Source of the DNA: Candidatus Helarchaeota archaeon
GTDB lineage: Archaea; Asgardarchaeota; Lokiarchaeia; Helarchaeales; RDOG01
DNA length: 64,000 bases
Assembly: GCA_019058315.1 (NCBI GenBank)
Contig: JAHPZH010000006.1
Location: forward strand, 1 to 64,000
Direction: 5' to 3'
A program made the position numbers and the translations under genes. Below, one piece after another: positions 57,069-64,000 of the stretch (positions are counted from its first letter, which is position 1; every line of letters begins with the position of its first letter). The notes below the pieces were generated by a model, which did not search any database, was not told where the DNA came from, and saw nothing but the letters and a program-made list of their open reading frames with translations.

Positions 57069-57449
57069 TTAATGGCTAATTCTGTTTAATAACTTATTAA
57101 CAACTTCAAACAATGAATTATAATGATCTTTAATATCTGAGGCAAAGTTTGTAATAGCGATTGATAATGTGTTTTTAGTTTTGGCAATTTTTTCAGCTAT
57201 AGCTCTCGTTATTAATTCATTTCTTACTCCAAACATAAGTGGAATTGTAGATGAATTAATTTGATTTAAATTGTCTAATTTGATTGGAACAGAAATTGCA
57301 ATGGAACCAATTTTATAATCATTATCTGTTATAAAAATCATAACCCCATTATTAAATTCGGTCAAAAACCCAGTAATTTTTATATTATTTGAAATAAATT
57401 TTTCTTCTTTTAGCCAATTTAAACCTTTATGTGCATTATTTATATTCAT
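57069..57449 (-). CDS. Proteasome assembly chaperone PAC4-like protein
   Basis: IFIT...KIGSIAISVP...SSTI.LMFG...ELITRAIAEKIA pattern; directly downstream of the proteasome beta gene. Confidence 0.6.
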   Translation of the reverse strand: MNINNAHKGLNWLKEEKFISNNIKITGFLTEFNNGVMIFITDNDYKIGSIAISVPIKLDNLNQINSSTIPLMFGVRNELITRAIAEKIAKTKNTLSIAITNFASDIKDHYNSLFEVVNKLLNRISH

Positions 57450-57581
57450 ATTAGGTCCCTAAAGAGAAAAATTTAGAAATAATTTTCCAAAATACTTAAC
57501 AAATAAATAAAAAGATTAGTTTTAAAATTAAAAGGCTATTTGTTATGTAAAATTTAGAGTTTTTTAATTCTAATTTTTAAA

Positions 57582-58187
57582 TTATAAATTAATTTCCGAA
57601 AATTCGGCTCCTTTTTGACTTATCAATAGGACATCTATTCCATTTCCAGATAAAGGATCTCTTTCGGAAGCAGATTTTATTGCTTTTATTAAAAGTTGTT
57701 TACCTTCTTCAAGTGACATATTTTCTTTATATTCTTCTTCCAATACTCCAATTGCCACTTGAGCTCCTGTTCCAATCGCAGCATAGACGTCATCTATAAG
57801 TGATCCAATCAAATCAAGTGCAAATAATTGACCGCCCTTATCGTCAATTCCGCCTACTAAAGTATCAGTAAAATAAGGAAACCAGCGCCTGGAATATAAA
57901 ACCCCGGACATAAATTTTGCAGTACTTTTTACTGAAATTTTTCTTCCTCTTTCAAAACTGAATAATAAAGTATATGCTCTAATTGTACTAGTAAGTATTT
58001 GAAAATCTGAGATTAAACCAGCACAAGCGATGCCTATCCAGTCGGTTACTTTAAAAACTTTCTTGCCAGTTTTGCTAAGTACCCTACCCGCAAAATGAAC
58101 TCTTTTTTCAGAAGCTAAAGCTACCCCATCTTTGCATACACAGCCAACTGTTGTGGCTCCTGGTGCCCAATCTATGCCAAAAGACAT
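57582..58187 (-). CDS. psmB: Proteasome beta subunit (Ala at the Thr1 position)
   Basis: PG-ATTVG, LASEKR, KKVF, AGLISDFQ, GTG..VAIGVLE, ERDPLSGNG; SD GGTGA before ATG 58187. Confidence 0.93.
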   Translation of the reverse strand: MSFGIDWAPGATTVGCVCKDGVALASEKRVHFAGRVLSKTGKKVFKVTDWIGIACAGLISDFQILTSTIRAYTLLFSFERGRKISVKSTAKFMSGVLYSRRWFPYFTDTLVGGIDDKGGQLFALDLIGSLIDDVYAAIGTGAQVAIGVLEEEYKENMSLEEGKQLLIKAIKSASERDPLSGNGIDVLLISQKGAEFSEINL

Positions 58188-58288
58188 TTTATTCACCAAT
58201 TATATAATTTTATTACAATTAATTTATTCGAAGATTTACTCTAAAATATTTTCTTTATTTATTTTTATTATTATCTTAGGGTTAAAAA

Positions 58289-58543
58289 TTGCCTAGTAAA
58301 ATAAGATCCTTATTGAATAAAATAAAATGGGATCCTCAATTAAAAAGGAAAGATTTTCTCTTGACATTTATTCATAGAGGAATTCCGAGAAACAGAAAAA
58401 CTATTGAATCCAAACAATTAATAGATATTACTCAGAACTTTTTTTCATATAAAGATAATGGAACTATAACGCATATTCCATTTCATAGAATAATTGAGAT
58501 AAAGAATAAAAAAACAAATGAAATAATATATTTAAAAAAATGA
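58289..58543 (+). CDS. DUF504 / MJ1316-type RNA-repair domain protein
   Basis: IRSLLNKIKWDP...FIHRG...HIPFHRIIEI. Confidence 0.88.
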   Translation: MPSKIRSLLNKIKWDPQLKRKDFLLTFIHRGIPRNRKTIESKQLIDITQNFFSYKDNGTITHIPFHRIIEIKNKKTNEIIYLKK

Positions 58544-58552
58544 GATAAAATC

Positions 58553-59551
58553 ATGAATCCTTTTAAAATAGCTTATATCCCACATTCACAAGAATTATTA
58601 GATATTTCATTTCATAAAACTTCTAAATTAAATTTAAAAGTTAACCCAAAATTTTCAGCAAAAAAAAAGGCAAGACTAAAGGAACTAAAAAGAATTAATC
58701 ATGTAGCACAACATATTAAGAATAAGATTATAAAAATTGTTAAATCTTTTCCAACTTTTGAAAAACTTCACCCGTTTTATTATGAATTAACAAATATTTT
58801 AGTAAATGTTAAAAATGTTAAAAAATTACTAGGTTCTCTTTCTGGAACTAATAATGTAATTGAAACAATCTTAAATAAAACGGTGAGTAGAATTCGTTCA
58901 TATGAAAATCCTAAGGATATTGCACAAGAAAGGATAAAATTTTATGGTAGAATTTCTTCAATAATTTACAAAATGAAAAACAATTTAGAAGAATTAAGAA
59001 ATATTAGAAAGATATTAATTAAATTACCTTCAGTTTCATTTGATATTCCGACAATAGTTGTTGCAGGATATCCGAATGTTGGAAAAAGTTCCCTTGTAAA
59101 AATTATTTCTTCAGCAACTCCAAAAATAGACTATTATCCATTTACAACAAAATCTATCAATATTGGTTATACTAAATTCAATAATATACGATTTCAAATA
59201 TTAGATACCCCCGGTTTATTAGATAGAGAATTATTAAAACGTAATAAAATAGAATTACAAGCAATTATAGCGTTAAAATATCTTGCAAAAAAAATTGCTT
59301 TTATTATTGATCCTTCTGAGTCATGCGGCTATCCTATTACTAATCAAATAAATTTATATCGTGAAATTTGTAAGCTCTTTCCAGAAATACCTATTTTTTT
59401 AATATTTAATAAAATGGATCTAATTTCAAAGGAGAGACTTGAAATTATCAAAAAAAATGAAATATTTAATGAAAACATATTTTTTATAATAGCCGTTCAA
59501 GGAGAAGGAATTCCAAAATTATTAGAAGAATTATTCGATAATAATAATTGA
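58553..59551 (+). CDS. NOG1-family GTPase (ribosome biogenesis)
   Basis: LHPFY.EL, GYPNVGKSS, YPFTTK, DTPGLLDR, DPSESCGY, NKMD. Confidence 0.93.
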   Translation: MNPFKIAYIPHSQELLDISFHKTSKLNLKVNPKFSAKKKARLKELKRINHVAQHIKNKIIKIVKSFPTFEKLHPFYYELTNILVNVKNVKKLLGSLSGTNNVIETILNKTVSRIRSYENPKDIAQERIKFYGRISSIIYKMKNNLEELRNIRKILIKLPSVSFDIPTIVVAGYPNVGKSSLVKIISSATPKIDYYPFTTKSINIGYTKFNNIRFQILDTPGLLDRELLKRNKIELQAIIALKYLAKKIAFIIDPSESCGYPITNQINLYREICKLFPEIPIFLIFNKMDLISKERLEIIKKNEIFNENIFFIIAVQGEGIPKLLEELFDNNN

Positions 59552-59667
59552 ACTCATAATTGATTGAACCTAATTTTTAACCTACCCCGTTTTTTACAAG
59601 AAGTAGTTAAAAATATGTTTTTATATAAAATATTAATAATAAAATTTCAACTAAGGGTGAATGTACA

Positions 59668-60429
59668 ATGAAAATCCAAGATATTTTATCTTTTTGGCTA
59701 GGAATCGGATTATTAATAATTTGTGGGATAAATATCAGTTTTATCTTTTATTTAAAACTTCATTTTAATTATCCAATCAGTATTTTTATAATTCACAGTT
59801 TTCCAATGTTTTTCTTAATCCCATCAGCAATTTTATTTTTATATTACAGTTTAAATAAGGTATCCAATTACGCTAAGTTAGGTTTTATTTTAGGCATTCC
59901 ATTTTGGACGTTTTTTCTATGGATAACTGTAAGTTTCATATCTCTTTATTTTAGTATTAGCGTAATTTCCATTTCTTCAATTATACTTGCCTTAATATTT
60001 ACTTCAATAATATTTAGCCGCCGAAAAAAAATAGATACTGCAATTCCATTAAAAAATTCATTCAAATTTACCCCTTCAAGATTAAGCTACATCCTTTTGT
60101 ATATATTAGGAATATTTTTAATTATTATTCAGCTTACACTTTTTTTAAATATATTCTATAATTATCGTATAAGTTCTAAATTATTAACACAATATAGTGA
60201 TTTATTTAATTTTATTCCACTTTTTTTTGATGATTTGGAAAGTGCTAAAGGTTTTTTTTATTTGGGTTTAATAATTAGTGCAAATCATCAAAACATAAAT
60301 TCTCAATTAAGCCAATTTTTTGATATAGCTAAATATTTGATTATATTAGGAAGTATTTTGATTTTAATTGGTGTTTTTTTACATATCATTAGAAAACAAA
60401 GATTGAAAGATTCCCCTGAACCCCAATAA
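59668..60429 (+). CDS. Polytopic membrane protein of unknown function
   Basis: About 6 hydrophobic segments. Confidence 0.65.
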   Translation: MKIQDILSFWLGIGLLIICGINISFIFYLKLHFNYPISIFIIHSFPMFFLIPSAILFLYYSLNKVSNYAKLGFILGIPFWTFFLWITVSFISLYFSISVISISSIILALIFTSIIFSRRKKIDTAIPLKNSFKFTPSRLSYILLYILGIFLIIIQLTLFLNIFYNYRISSKLLTQYSDLFNFIPLFFDDLESAKGFFYLGLIISANHQNINSQLSQFFDIAKYLIILGSILILIGVFLHIIRKQRLKDSPEPQ

Positions 60430-60537
60430 TCATGAACCTGATAATAACTCATCGTGTAGATTATGGTATAATCTGAAAAAGTATTAGATGAATTATATGA
60501 AAATTTATAATATAAAATTAATTAATCGATTTTAATT

Positions 60538-60678
60538 TTAACCTACACTATTAATTGCAACTTTAATCATTTCAAGAATATTAATAATTAATGGGAATCC
60601 TATCAATAAAGCAAAAACTAATCCTATGCTAATTAAAAGTACTTTTTCAACTGTTAATTCTACCACTATTATTCTCAT
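60538..60678 (-). CDS. Small single-TM protein (46 aa), pilin-like
   Basis: Read by hand: MRIIVVELTVEKVLLISIGLVFALLIGFPLIINILEMIKVAINSVG; below the ORF-track cutoff. Confidence 0.5.
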   Translation of the reverse strand: MRIIVVELTVEKVLLISIGLVFALLIGFPLIINILEMIKVAINSVG

Positions 60679-60804
60679 TCTTTTTTCTATATTTTTGAAA
60701 AAGATTATTAAAACACCACGAATTTATTTAAAAATTAGTTTTAGTATTTAAATAAGGATAAAAAATGGAATATTTCAAGACTTTAAGATTAAATAGTATT
60801 TTAA

Positions 60805-61881
60805 TTAAAAAAAAGAGAATTCACGTCTTCCCGTTTTAATATTCCCTTCAATATTTATTTTAGTACCGCAATTAGAGCAAGTATTTTTTTGGGTTAAGTT
60901 ATTGAGATTAAGGGAGTAACCTACACGTTTAATAATAATTTTTTTACACTTTGGACAATATGTATTTTCATATTCATCAGTAGAAACATTACCTGCATAA
61001 ACATAATGCAATCCAATTTCTTCATAAGCAATTTTACACGCATTTATAATCGTTTCATATGGCGTATGTGGTGCGTTTAATTTATACATTGGTCTATAAG
61101 CTGAAAAATGAAGAGGAACATCAAAGTCCATAGAATTTCTAATCCATTTAGCGAGATTTTTTATTTCATCCAGATTATCATTATATCCTGGTATAATTAG
61201 ATTCGTACATTCCACAAATACACCTTTTTTATGCATGTATTCTGTTGCGTCTAATACACGAGTTAATCCTCCTTTTGGAGTTAAACAAACTTTTTGATAA
61301 AATTCATCTGTAAAAGCTTTGATATCAACATTTGCGGCATCAACACCCGCATTTATTAGTTCTTCGAGCGGATCAAGATTAATATATCCATTAGTAACAA
61401 GTATATTTTTTATTTTTGCTTTTTTCGCTAGTTTTATAGTATCCAAGATAAACTCAAACCAAATAAGTGGTTCATTATAAGTATAAGCAATGCTGGTACA
61501 ATTATTAGAAGCTGCCATCTCAACAACATTATCTGGAGTTTTTTCTTTAAGGAATCTTTTAGTATTTTCCACATTTGTTTGCGAAATTGAAAAGTTTTGA
61601 CAATGTTTACAATGTAGTGAACATCCAACTGATGATATTGAAAAGGCATTTGAACCCGGATAGAAATTATAAAGAGGTTTTTTTTCTATTGGGTCAATAG
61701 CAATAGAAGATAATGAACCATAAATTAAAGAATATAATTTTCCTCCCTCATTTTTTCTGGTTCCACAATTTCCAATTTTATTTGGGTATATTTTACACAT
61801 TCTTGGACATATTTTACATTGAACTACCTCATTCTCTAATTTCTCATAGTATAAAGCTAGTTTCTTCAAAAGAATCGCCAA
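60805..61881 (-). CDS. AmmeMemoRadiSam system radical SAM enzyme
   Basis: CKICPRMC, DPIEKKPLYNFYPG, CSLHCKHCQN, AYTYNEP, YAGNV, CPKC. Confidence 0.93.
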   Translation of the reverse strand: MAILLKKLALYYEKLENEVVQCKICPRMCKIYPNKIGNCGTRKNEGGKLYSLIYGSLSSIAIDPIEKKPLYNFYPGSNAFSISSVGCSLHCKHCQNFSISQTNVENTKRFLKEKTPDNVVEMAASNNCTSIAYTYNEPLIWFEFILDTIKLAKKAKIKNILVTNGYINLDPLEELINAGVDAANVDIKAFTDEFYQKVCLTPKGGLTRVLDATEYMHKKGVFVECTNLIIPGYNDNLDEIKNLAKWIRNSMDFDVPLHFSAYRPMYKLNAPHTPYETIINACKIAYEEIGLHYVYAGNVSTDEYENTYCPKCKKIIIKRVGYSLNLNNLTQKNTCSNCGTKINIEGNIKTGRREFSFF

Positions 61882-62031
61882 AAAAAATATAAAATTGAAT
61901 TAAATTTAAAATTAATTCCAATTTATATTATAAAAAAGAAAAGATTTTAATATTATTTTTTAATTAGAAAACAAATATTAAAGAATCGATAACAATATTG
62001 AATTATTTATAATATTAAGGAGAATTTCAAA

Positions 62032-62925
62032 ATGATAATTATACCTGGACCAGCATCCCAAATCCTTGGAATAAAAGTTGCAAATTTAATAAATATTAAT
62101 AAAATTCAAGTAAAATTCAAAGATTTTCCAGATGGTGAACATTATATTAAAATAGAAAATGGAGAAAAAATCAAAAATCAAGATGTAATTATTATTCAAT
62201 CTACATATTCACCACAAAATGATAATTTAATGGAATTATTAATGATTTTAGATGGAACAAAGAACTTAAAACCAAAATCAATAACTTTAATAGTTCCTTA
62301 TTTATGTTATAGTCGTCAAGACAAACGTTTTTTAGAAGGCGAACCGTTAACTGCTGAAATAGTATGTAAAATTATAGAAAAAATTGGGGACCCCTTATTA
62401 GAAAAATTTATAACTATTGATATTCATTCAGAAAAAATTTTAGATTATTTTTCTAAAAGCATTGAAGTAAAAAATCTCTCAGCTATGCCACTTTTTGGCA
62501 AATATTTTAAAAATCTTAACTTAAAAAATCCATGTGTGATTGCACCTGATGAAGGAGCTTTAAAAAGATCAAAGATAGTAGCGGACTTAATAAATGCTGA
62601 TTGCAATTTTCTAACCAAAAAACGTGATTTAAATACAGGAGAAATTTCAACTCAAATAAAAGATTTATCTATTGAGAATCGTGATGTCATATTTACTGAT
62701 GATATTATTTCTACAGGTGGTACTATGGCAAGAGCGATAGAAATGGCTAAGAATCAAGGTGCAAATAATATATATGCAGTTTGTACCCATCCATTACTAA
62801 TTCAGAATGCAAAATATAGAATTTTTCAAGCAGGAGCAAAAGAAATTGTTGGGACTGACTGTATTCCTTCAGAATGTAGTAAAATTAGTGTTGCCCCTTT
62901 ATTAGCAGATTTTTTAACAAAATAA
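62032..62925 (+). CDS. prs: Ribose-phosphate pyrophosphokinase
   Basis: FPDGE, PYLCYSRQDKRF..GE, DIHS, APDEGA, DDIISTGGT. Confidence 0.96.
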   Translation: MIIIPGPASQILGIKVANLININKIQVKFKDFPDGEHYIKIENGEKIKNQDVIIIQSTYSPQNDNLMELLMILDGTKNLKPKSITLIVPYLCYSRQDKRFLEGEPLTAEIVCKIIEKIGDPLLEKFITIDIHSEKILDYFSKSIEVKNLSAMPLFGKYFKNLNLKNPCVIAPDEGALKRSKIVADLINADCNFLTKKRDLNTGEISTQIKDLSIENRDVIFTDDIISTGGTMARAIEMAKNQGANNIYAVCTHPLLIQNAKYRIFQAGAKEIVGTDCIPSECSKISVAPLLADFLTK

Positions 62926-62935
62926 TTGTTTAACA

Positions 62936-63982
62936 ATGGAATCTAATAAAACATTTTTTTTAACACTCAGTGGTGAAAACATAAATTTATCTAAATTTGA
63001 AATATTATCCCTTTTTAAATCTAAAAATACTAAATTTTTTAATGTAAAACTAATTGATCGTCTTTTAATTCTCTCCTCTAAAAAGAATATTTCAAATTAC
63101 ATTGCTTCTAGAGCAGCCCTTACACATGACATTTCCGAATTATCGATGGTAAGTTCTATTGAGGAGAAGGATATTATAGAATCTTTAAAAAGGATAGATT
63201 TAAATAAGATAGTTGAAAATAGAAAATCTTTTGCGGTAAGAATTCAAAAAATTGGACTTAAAGAAATTAATTCTGAATATTTCGAAAGATTAATTGGAAA
63301 AATTATTCTTAATAAAATTGAAAAAAAGATAAAGGTTGATTTATTAAACCCGGATGTTTTATTCTACGGAATTTTTGTTAAAGACAAATTTGTTTTTGGT
63401 ATTAACAATTCACAAAAAATAAGAAGCAATCTTAAGTTAAATTCACTTAAATCTAGACCGTTTTTTCATCCAAGTGCATTAAATCCAATATTAGCTAGGG
63501 TTATGGTTAATTTATCTCAAATCAAAGAAACTGATATTTTTCTTGATCCCTTTTGTGGAACTGGAAGTATTTTGATTGAGGCTTTTTTAGTTGGATGCAA
63601 TAGACTAATTGGAATAGATATCAATCATAAAATGATAAATGGTGCAAAAAGAAATCTTATAAAATTTGGAGTAAAAAATATGGAATTATTATTAAGTGAT
63701 TCTAATCATATTCCGCTAAGATCAATATCTGGTGTAGCAACCGATCCACCATATGGTAGAAGTAGTTCTACATATAAAAAACCATTAATTCACTTAATAG
63801 AAAATTTCTTTTTAGAAATTAGTGATTTAATTTTAAAAAATCGGTTAATTACTTTAGCGTTGCCATCCCAAATCAGGATAGACGAGTTGATAGATAATTT
63901 TTATTTTGAAATTATAAATGAATTTAATCAATATATTCATTCTTCGTTAACTAGAAGAATATATGTAATTCGAAAAAAATAA
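62936..63982 (+). CDS. THUMP-domain tRNA (guanine(10)-N2)-methyltransferase (Trm11/TrmG10)
   Basis: LSGEN..L..E, RPFFHPSAL.P.LARVMVNL, DPFCGTGS, TDPPYGRSS, IHSSLTRRI. Confidence 0.92.
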   Translation: MESNKTFFLTLSGENINLSKFEILSLFKSKNTKFFNVKLIDRLLILSSKKNISNYIASRAALTHDISELSMVSSIEEKDIIESLKRIDLNKIVENRKSFAVRIQKIGLKEINSEYFERLIGKIILNKIEKKIKVDLLNPDVLFYGIFVKDKFVFGINNSQKIRSNLKLNSLKSRPFFHPSALNPILARVMVNLSQIKETDIFLDPFCGTGSILIEAFLVGCNRLIGIDINHKMINGAKRNLIKFGVKNMELLLSDSNHIPLRSISGVATDPPYGRSSSTYKKPLIHLIENFFLEISDLILKNRLITLALPSQIRIDELIDNFYFEIINEFNQYIHSSLTRRIYVIRKK

Positions 63983-64000
63983 GAAATGAAATAAATATGG

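Noticed and set aside
58289-58543. DUF504 RNA-end-recognition protein as part of the mRNA splicing system
   Set aside because: Widespread archaeal gene that is not linked to the intron-containing genes; no evidence beyond predicted function
60430-60510. Hairpin AGATTAT-GGT-ATAATCT and short coding-like tail (SEKVLDELYENL) after the membrane protein stop
   Set aside because: No 4-bp central helix with paired bulges could be built; evidence for an intron or extension is insufficient
2840-61649. Many short track ORFs overlapping larger genes (e.g. 2840-3277, 3968-4726, 22484-24314, 30044-31172, 46736-47791, 51490-51954, 56472-56792)
   Set aside because: Antisense or alternate-frame shadows of well-supported genes; Ser/Ile/Phe-rich with no motifs

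Overview
This is a very AT-rich archaeal chromosome segment, most likely from an Asgard archaeon (stand-alone and fused roadblock/LC7 proteins, several Rab/MglA-like small GTPases, a PAC4-like proteasome chaperone, many TPR proteins). It appears to be the replication-origin region. It carries TFE, MCM, GINS, RFC-S, PolD-DP1, Orc1/Cdc6 and MutS/MutL, and a 0.95-kb intergenic region at about 40.1-41.06 kb holds four ORB boxes arranged as two inverted pairs. The most striking observation is two protein-coding genes that the ORF track breaks or misses: a HAD phosphatase (31586-32304) and a small zinc-finger protein (38128-38434). Each is interrupted by a short, frame-breaking, stop-containing insert (29 nt and 16 nt) that folds into a bulge-helix-bulge (BHB) motif. 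Cutting at the standard BHB positions restores each reading frame exactly, so these look like mRNA introns removed by the tRNA-splicing endonuclease. The same window has a tRNA-Leu(CAG) with a non-canonical T-loop (59/60) BHB intron and a tRNA-Ser(CGA) with a canonical intron. Other observations are a duplicated dyad shared by the origin and the promoter of an adjacent small gene, an isolated ORB inside a 17-bp inverted repeat, a 1732-aa TrmB/coiled-coil protein with a 417-aa tandem duplication, and a TatD gene with no canonical start codon. No CRISPR array, rRNA or recognisable mobile element was seen. All family calls come from motif recognition by eye, not database searches.
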